This document shows positions 25,901 through 37,800 of a stretch of 64,000 nucleotides of DNA, in pieces. The DNA is taken from the NCBI GenBank assembly GCA_043228905.1, contig JBHGNT010000003.1, positions 3,968,001-4,032,000 of the forward strand, given 5' to 3'. The notes beneath the pieces are model-generated. The model worked only from the letters and a program-made list of their open reading frames with translations, was not told the DNA's origin and ran no database searches. Positions within the stretch are counted from its first letter, which is position 1. Each line of letters opens with the position of its first letter. This stretch comes from Azolla caroliniana. Lineage: Eukaryota > Plantae > Polypodiophyta. The position numbers and the translations under genes were made by a program.

Positions 25901-28418
25901 GGATCTTCGGATGCGAGGCGTACGCCCTTATTCCGAAAGATGATCGCCGAAAACTTGCACCTCGGTCCAGGAAATGCATTTTCCTTGGATATGGATCAGA
26001 CGGCGAAATGGGATACCGACTCTGGGACCCCGAACGCAGACAAATCGTTCGAAGTTCGGACGTTGTGTTCAACGAGTCGACTATGAATCCATCGGTCGAC
26101 AAACCGATCGAAGTCCGAAGGGTAACATTCTCCGATGTGCCGACCCTTCAAGAAGGCCCCGCTCTCAACACACGGTCAGCTTCACGGGTAGCTGAACCTT
26201 ATACTACCGACTCGGACAACTCTGACTCGGCACAGCCGAATGATTCGGTTTCGGACCATCCGACCCCGATACCCGATGCGACCAGTCCAATCATACCTCG
26301 ACGATCCGAGAGACTGTCGCAACCTCCGGAGAGGTATTCTCCTGGAATTTTCTTCACCGACGCCGGCGAACCGACGTCTTACGAAGAAGCATCGACATCT
26401 GTCGATTCGGCCACCTGGCATCTGGCGATGGAGTCGGAAATGCACTCCATCCGGGCAAACAAGACTTGGGATCTGGTCGAATTACCTAGGAACCGACGTG
26501 CTCTTCCTTGCAAGTGGGTTTATCGACTAAAAGAGACGTCTGATTCGACCACCCCAAAGTACAAGGCCAGATTAGTTGCGAAGGGCTTCCGACAAGAATA
26601 TGGCGTCGACTTCGACGAGATTTTTTCACCAGTGGTGAAAATGACAACCCTTCGTCTTCTGCTCGGCGTCGTGGCAGCCGACAACTTGGAGCTGATTCAG
26701 CTAGATGTCAAAACAACCTTCCTCCATGGTGATCTCGAGGAGGAAATTTATATGGAGCAGCCAAAAGGCTTCGTGGCAACTGGCCAAGAACATCTAGTCT
26801 GCCGACTCAGGAAGAGTCTATACGGCCTCAAACAGGCACCGCGACAATGGTACAAGAAGTTCGACGACTTCATCCAATCAATCGGCTTCTCCAAAAGCGA
26901 TGAGGACCATTGTCTCTTCACCAACACAGCTCGAGATGGATCACCCATCTTCCTCATCATTTACGTGGACGACATGCTAATTTCTGGACGCCACGCGGGC
27001 GAACTTTCCGATCTAGTTCGGCAACTGCGGTTGAAGTTTGCCATGAAGGACCTCGGTCCGGCACGACACATCCTTGGCATGAAAATTAGTCGGCATCGCG
27101 ATAAACGACATCTTTTTTTGTCTCAGACCGACTATATCGGACGTGTCTTGGAACGCTTCAACATGCAATCAGCCAAATCTGCTTCAACCCCGCTCCCCAT
27201 GAATCTTCGGCTCTCTCAGCGAGACTGCCCGACATCCGGTTCGGAGGGGGAAGATATGAAGTCGGTACCGTATGCACCGGCAGTCGGCTCCCTTATGTAC
27301 CTGATGGTCGCGACACGGCCTGACATCTCTCATGCCGTAGGAGTCGTTAGCAGATTTATGCACAATCCTGGCCGATCGCATTGGAACGCAGTCAAGCATG
27401 TGTTCAGATATCTGGCTGGCACAAAAGACCATGGCATTCTTTTCGGACCGAACCGAACCTCAGGCGTAGTCGGTTACACCGACTCGGACTTCGCCGGCTG
27501 TATAGACAGTCGGAAATCAACAACCGGATACTGCTTCAAATTCGGCAATGGAGCAATCTCGTGGAAGTCGAAACTTCAGGAGTGCACAGCGACCTCAACG
27601 ACCGAAGCAGAATATGTAGCTGCGTCCGACGCAGCAAAAGAAGCTTTGTGGCTCGGTCGGCTGGCGCACACGTTTCGACAAGTCGAACATGACTCGGCTC
27701 CAGTTGTCTACAGCGACAGTCAAGGTGCTGTTGCCTTGTCGAAAAATCCGGTTCACCACAACGCCTCCAAACATATCGACGTTCGATATCACTTCGTTCG
27801 GGACTGCGTCATTTCAGGGAAAATCGGTCTAGAGAAAATATCTACAACCGATAATGTCGCAGATGGAATGACCAAATGTCTCTCGGCAGACCGTTTTCGG
27901 TCTCTTCGGCATCAGATGGGCGTAACGACAAACCATTCCGGTTAGAGCCGGACACAGAGCAGGATGGTTCCCGACAACCGACATCAGCTCCTTAATGATC
28001 GGCCTCAACTGTTCCGACCCGACCAGTTCGGTCTTCTGTCTTCGGATCCTGCCGACTCGAACAAAGCTGATATGTCCGAGAACCTAAGTCTATACCTGTA
28101 ATCTTAGATAACCCATGTATACGCCCATTACGGGGGAGTGTCGAATACATGTGTATAATGGACGTATTCACACCATCCCGTCTCGGCCATTTATGTAATT
28201 AGCATAAAGGGTAGTTGCCCTAAGTCGGTCACTATATATAGTGACCTTGTAACCTCTTTGTGAGGTTGGTTGTTGTATTGTTGCTTTATGAAATAAGAAG
28301 TACTTTTGTGTCTCTCTCTCTCTCTCTCTGTGCAACGACCTACATTCTGTCATACACAGGGAATAAACAGGAATCGAGTGCTTCTCGATCTTCCGCACAG
28401 ACGACATTGCTTCCAACA
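22988..28418 (+). mobile_element. Full-length young Ty1/copia retrotransposon (Tnt1/Tork-like)
   Basis: 280-bp LTRs at 22988-23267 and 28139-28418, identical by eye; TSD CTATT; Met-i PBS TGGTATCAGAGC at 23270; PPT GGGGGAG at 28132-28138. Confidence 0.97.
23932..27945 (+). CDS. Copia Gag-Pol polyprotein (Gag, CCHC knuckle, protease, integrase, RT, RNase H)
   Basis: Uninterrupted 1337-aa ORF: CNYCKKPGHIKADC, LDSGAS, WHRRLGH, HSDVCGP, YVDDML, YTDSDFAG, KHIDVRYHFVR. Confidence 0.96.
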   Translation: MASTSGSSEMSLRKFDGSNFNFWKEQMQDYLIVKGQIDPIENEEPPEGYKPIEWQKLDRIVRATIRMHLSESVYFTVQSCTTAFELWKTLSDTYEKKVAATKMFLIRRLYNLRMKESDSVQAHLNEYESISSQISSQGTAIEDELRAMILMSSLPPSWETFVTTVCNASTTAVKYSEVTSAILTEAARRKSFAKDSTDDAYVVQGSTDRSNIRGRDSSRPPNNQRRRSQSRDNRICNYCKKPGHIKADCRALKNKNNKKSGRHEEINYVSFSADVLPEDPNILSIENPVGSEVLLTTEESSTWLLDSGASFHVTPHRSQFRQYTIRHSDSVRVGNSQHCDIIGIGTVELNLAGGSTLVLHNVRHVPELSRPLISVGQLDEDGIRAGFSSGGWTLHRGNLLLARGPKIHSLYPLHVTLREGNLFLVDIPVSSLWHRRLGHLSKAGITHLSRAGYIPKLSFSDHQFCEHCQYGKQAAASHPTSAPRETRPLDLVHSDVCGPMPHQSLGGASYFVTFIDDSTRKVWAYPIRTKDRVFSIFSDWLAMVENQTDRKLKCFWTDNGGEFKSEEFVKFCRQRGIRRELTAPHSPEQNGIAERMNWTIQERTVSMLQHSGLSDGFWAEALLTAVHIINMSPSRPLGLQIPQELWIGSKPNYDKLRIFGCEAYALIPKDDRRKLAPRSRKCIFLGYGSDGEMGYRLWDPERRQIVRSSDVVFNESTMNPSVDKPIEVRRVTFSDVPTLQEGPALNTRSASRVAEPYTTDSDNSDSAQPNDSVSDHPTPIPDATSPIIPRRSERLSQPPERYSPGIFFTDAGEPTSYEEASTSVDSATWHLAMESEMHSIRANKTWDLVELPRNRRALPCKWVYRLKETSDSTTPKYKARLVAKGFRQEYGVDFDEIFSPVVKMTTLRLLLGVVAADNLELIQLDVKTTFLHGDLEEEIYMEQPKGFVATGQEHLVCRLRKSLYGLKQAPRQWYKKFDDFIQSIGFSKSDEDHCLFTNTARDGSPIFLIIYVDDMLISGRHAGELSDLVRQLRLKFAMKDLGPARHILGMKISRHRDKRHLFLSQTDYIGRVLERFNMQSAKSASTPLPMNLRLSQRDCPTSGSEGEDMKSVPYAPAVGSLMYLMVATRPDISHAVGVVSRFMHNPGRSHWNAVKHVFRYLAGTKDHGILFGPNRTSGVVGYTDSDFAGCIDSRKSTTGYCFKFGNGAISWKSKLQECTATSTTEAEYVAASDAAKEALWLGRLAHTFRQVEHDSAPVVYSDSQGAVALSKNPVHHNASKHIDVRYHFVRDCVISGKIGLEKISTTDNVADGMTKCLSADRFRSLRHQMGVTTNHSG

Positions 28419-30143
28419 CTATTGTCATGGAAAGATCTACACAGATGGATAGGGAACCCACTCCCCGGAACTAGCAAACTGCCACCCAGATAGGGCCTCC
28501 CTTGTGTGACTTCCAAGAGGAGTGTAAGGCCCAGATCGCTCTGGCCGAGTTGGTAGAACAAAACCACAACAACAGTATTGGCCAACTACGGGAACAAGCC
28601 GCGGGCCGTGAAGCTGACCTCAAGCGACTGCTTGCTGAAAGCTCGACTGCACTTAAAGGACAGGAAAGAGAGGTGAGGAACCTTCAGGTCTCTATCACCG
28701 AGGCCAAAGAATGATTCATCAAAGAAGCAGAAAGGAATAGCCAACGGGAACGCGAGCTATTCGCAGACAACCAGGAATTACGCCGTCAACAAAGGGCATT
28801 ACAAGAATTGGCAAACGAACACATGCAAAAGTGGAGGATCTCTGAAGAGCAAAGGACGAAAATTTTCGATGCTTATCACTAGTTGCAAACAGAGGACATC
28901 GCCGCTAGGGAACGACAACGAGACGCTTGGAGACAGGAAATGGACAAAACTGTAACTCAGCTCACCAAACGTTATGAGCAGACAATCGTGCTCGTAACCG
29001 CAAAAGCAAAAGATAACCAAGCTAATATGGCGCACCTCGTCCGCAAATGCCAAGAAGACGCCAAGGCCGCAAGGGAGGAAGTGGAAGTTCATCGAGCTAG
29101 CATCGGCATGGACGATACTAAATTAAAGATCCTAATAAACAAGTATCGCCAACAATTCACCAAGAAGATCGAGGAAATGCTCGACCGTGTATGGCAGGAA
29201 TGGTCAGCCCAAGCCGTTGAACTACACATATTATGCGCGGACGTCGAGAACTGAAGGAAGGAGGGCCGAGGGTTTTACAAGATGGATGACACTAGAATCC
29301 AGACCTTTCGTGAACACTTGATTGAGGAATATCATACCTTAGCAGCATCCCACACTGCGGCCATCGAGCAACTTCTAGAGGATTTCAACGACGAGCAAAT
29401 GATGTTTCGTCTAGAAGCCGAAGCTTATGAGAAGGAGCGCCTAGCTACCGTGACTAATAGAGCTCCCACAACCGATGAGCACGAACCCGAGCCAACCACC
29501 ACGGAAGCCAGACAGGAGGAACCCGCCCCTACAGATCCCACATCACACCCGAGGCCACAAACTACGACCACGACCTTGCCTGAATCGGAACCAACAAAGG
29601 GCAGCACACGCGAAGACACAACCATCCCTGACTCGGCAGCAAAACCCCCATCACCAACCACACCTTCCATGCCAGACCAACCCCATGCCCCCGAGGATAT
29701 CCTTGGTATATTAGAAGAGGATTAAAACAAACCCATAAGCCCCTTGTATAAACAGGCAACTTTTGTAAACTTTTTGTTTTTGCAAAAACCGTTGTTATCC
29801 CTCTACTTGGTGAACTGTGGGTCCGACGGACAAAGTCTTGTTCCACGGGCGTGCGAGTTTGTCCATAGGCTAGAAATATAAATACATAATATGTAAACTC
29901 GTCGGTAGGTAGAAAAGTAGGTGAGGAAATAGGTAGAACGAGAATAAGTCGAGTTTTAGCCCTCACAATCAGCCGATGGCTGGACTCTGTCTAAAAACAG
30001 AGGACTATATAAACTGAGATCTGCATACCTCGAAGGGGGGGATTTCTAGACTATTTAGCAAGATTAATATCGTAGCACTGAGCTCTGCACAAACTGTTTC
30101 CGACCGAGAGTCGTGTACTGTAATCACTGTGAGCTTTCTCATT

Positions 30144-30219
30144 TAATGGATAAGGCACTTGACTTCTAATCAAGGGATTGTGGGTTCGACGTGCAATGCA
30201 CTGTCCCACGGGTGTGCCA
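30144..30219 (+). pseudogene. tRNA-Arg(TCT)-derived sequence with encoded CCA and a 13-nt T-loop insert
   Basis: D loop TAATGGATAAGGC; perfect anticodon stem CTTGA-CTTCTAA-TCAAG; GTGGGTTCGA[insert]GTCCCAC; ends GTGTGCCA; 5' acceptor strand missing. Confidence 0.8.
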
Positions 30220-30221
30220 GG

Positions 30222-30558
30222 TGTTACACGTATAGGTGTACGGGAGGGTTAGGTGTAATGTGGAAGGTGGTGTGTAAGGTGTAATATGAAATGTGAATTT
30301 GTGAGTGTTAGGTGGGGTAACTAGGTGTAACTACACCCATTCGGCTTTTTGTAATGATCACGTCTTGTGCTATTTAAACCCCACCCGTGGGGCATGAAAA
30401 AAAACAGAAATATATTAAAGCTACCCTCAACTCGTTTCTGTCTCGATTCCCTCTCTCTCATTCATTCTCTGTCTATGCATCTCTTTCTCCCTCTCCCCTC
30501 ATATTCAAACCCCCTTGGGAGGGGGGTGGAGCCGATCTCCATCCCCCACCCATCAACA
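30222..30558. mobile_element. LTR-like segment (TGTT...AACA) truncating ROCO copy B
   Basis: TG...CA ends, TATA-like CTATTTAAA, CT-rich tract; ROCO sequence resumes exactly at 30559. Confidence 0.65.
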
Positions 30559-31126
30559 ATGAACATGGATGGGAACTGATAAGAGCTGGTTCCTGTGTCT
30601 GGGAACATGCAGTCGTGGAATGTGTGGAACTCTTGTTTGCCTGCCATGTCCCAGAGAGACACTCGAATTCCCTCTTTCTTGATGGCTTGCACCTCGATTC
30701 CTTGTGTTCGACCTCCAGTAAACAGGGATCTCTCCCGATCTCTCTTTCGCCCGTAAATGGAACGCTCCAAACAAAATGCAGTGCAAGTGTGTTAGTGTGC
30801 ATTTATCCTCATCAATCTGGCTTGTCTGATTTTTCAGTATTTGAGAGAGTGTGGGCATGTTATGTTGCCTGCAAATGGATCTCCGCAGATGAACAATCGG
30901 ATGGACGTGTTGTTTTCGATATATTCATTCGCTTAAGCTCACGACCTAAAAAGATAATCAACGACTAATAGACGTCTTATTTTATTTCCACGAAGGGATG
31001 CCTTGAAAAATAGGTGTGATGCTTGGTAGCCTTGATAATATTGTTGTAAAATATTTATGATCAATTCAAGTGGATCGCATGCACTCGCTTCAAATCGGAT
31101 CCCAACATGAAATTGCGCTGGTTCCT
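30559..31126 (-). pseudogene. ROCO copy B fragment (end of exon 1, GC-donor intron, start of Roc)
   Basis: RNQRNFMLGSDLKRVHA (31077-31126), LFICGDPFAG, RTQGIEV..WDMAGKQEFHTFH; acceptor and GKTT removed by a ~30-bp deletion. Confidence 0.85.
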
Positions 31127-31590
31127 GATAGTGAGAAAAGGCCAAAAACATAATTTCTTACTATTAAGCATAGGTATAAAAGCAATAGAAACGAGGGTTT
31201 CTTTGTGCCCCAAAAGGTTGTTTGTGTATTTTTTCTGTTTGTGTGCTGTTCGACATTTTCTCTGCTGGTAAGGCAAAACAGCAGCTCGTCCGCCTCCATC
31301 GTTCTTCTCCAACAGTGGTATCAGAGTGCAGGGATTCGTGAAGATTGCATGTGGCAGAAAGCATCTGATTTCTCAGTTTTTCCCCCTCTGCGCATGTTAT
31401 TTTTCCAGGACCTCGACAGAGGTAATATCTAGTACACGTTTCTATATGAACATTCTTCGTGCCAATTTTTTTTGGGAAAAGAAAAATAGACCTTTGGTGA
31501 AAGGTAGAAACAGAGAGGACTCACTGTTTCTAGTATATAGAAGAGAGGATTTACACATAAAAACTTGTATTTGGTTTTTCCGATGCTTGC
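30908..31590 (+). mobile_element. Copia-type 5' LTR (30908-31314), Met-i PBS and leader remnant
   Basis: TGTTG...CAACA termini followed by TGGTATCAGAG at 31316. Confidence 0.75.
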
Positions 31591-32290
31591 TCACTTGATG
31601 TGAGATTGTGACGTTGGAAGTACACATGGATGCACTGAACCTGTCCTCCAAATGGCGGGAGAAACTAGGTTTGAGATCCATGTTTAGAATCCATCCCGTT
31701 TGGGGGGCCCAATTGACCCCTTTTCGTGGCCTAAAGTAAGCGAAACGTAACCTCAGTAGCATTTTCCAACAATCATTTCCTGGTTGGAGTCCTCGCACCA
31801 CAAATTTGGCAAGTAAGGCTTTCGATTGTGAAAGGGGATCAATAACACCCAATCCCCCTCTCGACTTAGGCGTTGTGAGTATAGGCCACGCCACCTTGGC
31901 GCGAGCTATATGGTCTTCCTTACCAGACCAAATGTAGTTGCGGACCAGTCATTGAATCTGATGTATACTTTCCTTGGAGATTGTCCAACATGATAGACTG
32001 TACCATGTTGTTGCAAGGAGTACCTGATTTGCCACTATGATGCGACTTGCTAGCGACAATTTTTTAGAGCTCCAATGTATCAACTTTTGTTGAATGGAAA
32101 GGATAACGGGTGCAATCATAGTCTCCAGCAGTATCTTGAAACCAATTTGGAAGCCCAAATATTTGGTGCTCGCTCCTTGATTGATCCACTTGAAAGCGGG
32201 GTGTGGGTGCCACGCCGGATGTGTTTCCTGAGAGAGCCATATTGCACAGGATTTGTGCCAATTGATCATGGCGTTGGATCACTTACAAAA
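31590..32290 (-). mobile_element. L1-type LINE ORF2 (RT C-terminal) fragment
   Basis: INWHKS, KYLG, LSLASRIIVANQVL, AWPILTTPKSRGGLGV motifs. Confidence 0.85.
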
Positions 32291-32824
32291 TAAAACTAGC
32301 CCACTTTCTAGCTTTTGGAGGTTTTCCAGGAGTTTTTCTTTTTCACCTGATGCATTTGGAAATATCCTCTTTTCTTTCTCCTCACTACTTTCTTATATAG
32401 GTGCCATGCAACAATCTTTTCACTCCCCCCTTCTATGTACTTAAACCATTTGAGATACATCTTACATTCATCATCGGACCAAGAATTATATGGAAAACTA
32501 CACATATTAAGCAAACCCACATATATCTTAAAGTATTGATATCCAACCTTAAGGATTATATCCTTCAAATGTTGACGATTTTCTTTAACATCGTTGGTTA
32601 GAGAAAATTTATCAAATGGTTCTCCACTTCATTTGCATACATCTTAGCTTTTTCATAGCAAGGTCGGATTATACATCTCTTTTCATCTTTCACTCCACGA
32701 CATCTATTGGTGAAATTTGGAATTGTAAGCTCTAAGTACAATGGCTTGTGGTATGATTACGGAGATAGAGAACCAACTTTAAACACATTCACCAATGATA
32801 GATCACATGCCAACATTAATGCGT

Positions 32825-33693
32825 TGTCGTAGTGTATTTTGTACACTACGTGAAAAACTTATAAAGTACTGATTTAATAAATATGAAGAAATAGAAGAAA
32901 ATCTCAAAATAAATAATACATGCATCGGGCAAGATTCAAACCTTGCACCTCCATGTTAATAATGTAATGTCTTACCATTACACTAGCATTTCATTAATGT
33001 TTAAAAGTAAATGTTCCACATAGAAAGGTTAGTTCACCTAGGATAAACTTTAGTTAAAAGAAAAACGCATGCAAAAAGAAAAACGCATGCTAAAAGAAAA
33101 AAAAACTACGCATGCACATCTAGCGTGCATGAACGCTATAGTTGATAATAAAAAATGCACAAGTTAGAAAAAGCATGATCACTTTAGATAAAGCATATAG
33201 TCTATCTATAGGAAAAGCATGGAGTCTATAGTTAGAGAAGAAAAAGCATGGATTCCTAAGACTCTCTCATCTCTATATAAGGATGAGGAGCACAATGTAA
33301 GTGTGTGAAATATTTGGGAAATTGGATATATTTCCTAAAACACCAATAATAAAATAGAATCGTGGGATTCACGAAGTTTTATATAATCTATCTCTTTCAA
33401 TCTAAATTCATATTCTTACATAAATATTGATTAATGTAATACTTGTGGGATTCACAAGGTTTGATCTCTTTTCTCAATCTACTCTAATCTATTCTAAACT
33501 ATTTCAATTTATTACTACGATTAAGATAAACTAAAACAAGTATACTTGTGGGATTCACAAGTTTCTATATCTCTTTCTTATAATCTATTCATATTCATAA
33601 CTAGATTAGCCTCAAATTCTTCCTCCTCCTAGTCCAAAACCCCGGTGGTTCCCACCCGACTCACGCAACGATCCGGAGCCGAAAGGCACGACA
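32825..33693 (+). mobile_element. Solo LTR inserted in the LINE endonuclease
   Basis: TGTCGT...ACGACA termini; decayed 4-bp TSD (GCGT/ACAT, inferred GCAT) restores the VVDYALM frame; three internal GTGGGATTCAC repeats. Confidence 0.7.
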
Positions 33694-34822
33694 ACATAAT
33701 CAACCACATTTCCTCCACCCGAGGATGGCAAACATGTGAGCACGTTTGTCAATGGGAATGTCATTATACCATTTATGATAATAAAGTTTGTGCAATTTAG
33801 CATATGTATCAAAAGTTTTCCATAATCTGAGATGACACAATCCTCTGAGTCATGCAATAGACAATGTTCTACTACATTTTGTCTCCACAATTTGGAATTT
33901 TCCAACTATTGCATTGAAGTCTGAACCCATAATTAAAACTTTACCAAGCTTCTCAAATGAAAGTATATCATGGCATAATTATGTAAAAGGATCATCACAA
34001 TCTAACCCAAACCTACTATAGTAGTTTGAGTCTTTGTGAGGAATGTAACAGGCAACTATATACAACTTCTCTTTCCCCAAATTAACATCTATCCATATGT
34101 ATCTCTTATAGTCATCATATTTGCATACTTTGATAGAATTATCCAAGGTCTCATGGTATATACATGCTATCCCGGCACACCCAATATTCCCTTTGGAGTG
34201 AGGCCATATCGATTTTATGATGTAACCATCTATCTCAGGTATACATTTTGTCTCATGCTCCCATGTTTTAGCCAAAAATATAATATCCATACCTTGAGCT
34301 ATATCATTGAGTCCTAAGCCCTTATTCCATGGATATCCTCTACAATTCCAAAACATTACCTTCAATCATGAAGCACTTAATAGTCCCATAGGTCATTGCT
34401 TGCTATGCATTTTGATTTGCTTTTCGAGATGCACATGCTTGCCTTCTACGTTCTTGCTCTTGTGGAGTTCTATCATCTGTTACAAAAAAACTTGTTCCTT
34501 TTAAGTACACTTTACTACTATCTAGAATCATTGCCCTTTTACGTTCATCGAGGATTGTACGAATAATAGCTCAAGATGACTTTTCCTCTAGTTTCTTTTT
34601 GCCAATCCTATGTGTGGCATATATAATAACATCTCACAAAGTTACGTGATCTTCAAAGAATTTCGTAATATTTGACCAAGAGATAATGCATTCTCTATTT
34701 CATTCTCTTGCATACCTCTACTGACAATATTATTCTTTCTTCTTTCGATTTCATATTGCTCCTTTGCATCTAACACATCCATGGTATTAAAATGTCTTTG
34801 CGTGATTTTTGGTTTTTCTTTC

Positions 34823-37800
34823 TGTTGAGAGATCAAGCTCAACTTAGTTTAGGTATTTGGTCAACCATGTAACTTTGTAGTTATTACCTAGATAGAATCT
34901 AGTTAGGAGTGTTGACTATAACGCCTTAAATAGGATTTTGTACTTGAGTGGGATACATTGTAGATCCTCCACTCCATGTTCATTTAATATAGGACTTACA
35001 CGTTTGTACCTATATTCTACTCACACGTGTGCATCGTTCCACATGAGATCTATTTATACCTCATTGAAGGTATTTTTGTAACTTGATGATACTTGATGAT
35101 TCTAATTTAATATAGAGTTAATCATCCCCCATCTTGTGTTGTTCATAAGTGTACTTCTCTCTCTCTCTCTCTCTCTTCCTCTCTCACACATACACACACA
35201 TATCACTTAATCTTCCGATTAACTTAATCACATAATTAGGTACTAATTAACCCTTGCTTAATTACCTAATTATTAGCATGGTATTAGAGCATGTGGTTTA
35301 GAAAATCCACTAAGCCTACCCGACTCCGTGATTGTGTCTTCAAAACGCTGATGACAAAATCCGGCTATCCGCTACCGTAGTGCCGCTACGTAGCACGTAT
35401 ATGTGATCGAAGGAAGAAAAGCAAAAACAGGAGAAACTAATCAACATGAACACACAAATGGGTAGCTCGCTCCCTAGTGAAAAGCTAGACCAGAGCAATT
35501 ATTCATCTTGGGAGTACAAGATGACCTAATACCTCGTTCGCGACACACTCGAAAACAAGCCCGACATCACAAACGCCAACTACCCAACATGGGAGCAAGG
35601 AGCGAATCGGGTAATGTATTGCTTGTCAACATGTGTCCACGACCACATGCTTAGCCACATTCGAGACGCCAAGATGCCTAAAGAGGCGTGGGAAAACTTG
35701 AAGAAAGTGTTCGCCGCTAACATGACCGCTCGAAAGCTTCAATTCTGACAAGAGTTGAACAACATTCGGCAAAAGGACATGTCCGTATCGGACAACACCG
35801 CCAAGATCAAGAACATTTGTGACTCGCTTGACTCCATCAACATAAACGTCGACGAAGAAGAGATGGTTCAAGTATGCTTGGGCGGTCTCACACAACGATT
35901 CGACTCGTTGAGGACAACAATCTTGGCAAGAGAAAACCCTCCTTCGTTCTTCGACCTCCAATCAATGTTATTGGTTGAAGAGAACCACGTCTGAACCAAG
36001 ACGAAGACGTCAGAAAGACAATAATTTGTTATTCTCAAGTTCGGACGGTGGCCGAGGACGAGGTTGCGGCGGTAGAAGAGGTCAATTCGGCCCATCACAC
36101 GAAGTGAACTCAAACCTTCACAGAAGCCAAATAGGAACCTTCGGAAAAAGGGGGAGCTTCCATGCCAAATGAGGCCCGCAACTTGCAACTATTGCGGCAA
36201 AATCAGCCACCGTGAAGAGGAGTGCCAGAAAAAGAAAAGTGAGTCGGCTTTGAAAAGCCGATAACTCACAAACTACATCAACAACTTTGAATACGACGAT
36301 TACGGTGGACTATTCGTAATGAGGCATAGAGCGAACTCTATGATGACCTCCAACTCCACAAGCATCTCCAATTCGAAAGATGTGTGGTTCGTCAATTCCG
36401 GCGCCTCACATCATATGATGTCACACCAAGAGTGGTTTCGTGACTTACGAATACCGGACCGACCCGGCTTCATAGAGACGAGAGATGATACCACACATCC
36501 CATTCGGCACATTGGCAATGTCCCATTTGGGAAAGAAGGCGAGCAAACTTGCAACAAGAATGTCTTGCACGTGCCCACAATAACAAAGAATTTGGTCTCG
36601 GTCGGCCAAAACCGAGACTGTCACAAGCATCGAGTTGTGGCACAAGAGAATCAGCCACATAAACCTCCAACGGTTTCGAGTGATGCAAACCAAGGGAGTT
36701 GTCTACTATGTAACCTTCATTGACGACTACTCCCGCTACACGCCGATCTACCCGATGACGAAGAAGAACGAAGTTCTCTCCCACTTCCAAAAGCTCAAGG
36801 GCCAAGTCGAAAAAGAAACCGGTCGGCACATTTGATGCCTACAATTGGATGGAGGCAAGGAGTTCTTCTCTGACGAATTCACCTCCTACTTCCAAAGTAA
36901 AGGCGTTAGGAGAGAATTTTCGTGCCGACATTCACCCCAACAAAATGGAGTCGCCGAAAGGAAGAATCGGTAAATACTCGAGGTAGTACGGGCCATGTTA
37001 CATGAGAAGAACATGTCGAACTTCTATTGGGCTGAAGCGGCATCCACGGCCGTCTATCTCATGAATAAATGCACCACGAATGGAGTGCATGGGCTAACTC
37101 CATACGAGCTCCTTGTCGGAAAGAAGCCGATCCTGTCGCACCTCAAAGTGTTCGGGAGCATTGCGAATGTATGCATCCCGAACGAACATCGATAGAAGCC
37201 CGACGCGAAGTCAGAGAAATGTATCCTCGTGGGATACTCATATGAGAAAAAGACATACAAGAGCTTTAATCCCTTGACCCGAATGGTTCCGGTAAGTCGG
37301 CATGTAGTTTTTGACAAATCAACATCATGGTATGAGCCCGATTTGGATCCATCCGACCCGATCGAGGAAGAATTCAATGGCAACTCCGATGATGATATTC
37401 GGCCAAGTCCTCCACTGAAGGACAAGCCAAGCTCTATCAAGCTAAGTGGATCACACGAGTCCACAAGCGACCCGAGCACGTCGCAGCAAAGTCTGAAATC
37501 GGACTAGGGCAAAGGTAAGATGCCCGAATACGAAGTCGACCACCCCGACGACAATGATTCAGATGGATCGACTCCCTCACTAGACAGTGAGTTTGGTGTA
37601 CCCATCATGCGAACACCTAGAGTAAAGAAGGCACTCACATCGGCAAGCAAAAACTTCAACGCTCTTCTAGAGAGAAGAATCCTGTCACTCGGCGACCAAA
37701 CAACGAATACATGGCCCATCATTATGCCTTCGCGATCAAGGTTGCGGCCGAACAAGAGCCTGCGAGCTCTACAGAAGTGGCTCGTAACCCACGATGGGTG

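Larger units (their letters stand above)
19310..30143 (+). mobile_element. Decayed non-chromovirus Ty3/gypsy element (Athila/Tat/Phygy-like): integrase, long extra 3' ORF, probable truncated 3' LTR; hosts nested insertions
   Basis: LWWPT..CDLCQRMG, PFQKWELDFVGPF, GLEAVMPIEF, VNGFRLRPY integrase; downstream sense ORF fragments (INWG motif, Pro-rich and coiled-coil) from ~21330 to 29725; TATA-like CTATATAAA at ~30005. Confidence 0.8.

Noticed and set aside
30144-30219. Functional tRNA-Arg gene
   Set aside because: No 5' acceptor strand, a T-loop insertion and an encoded CCA.
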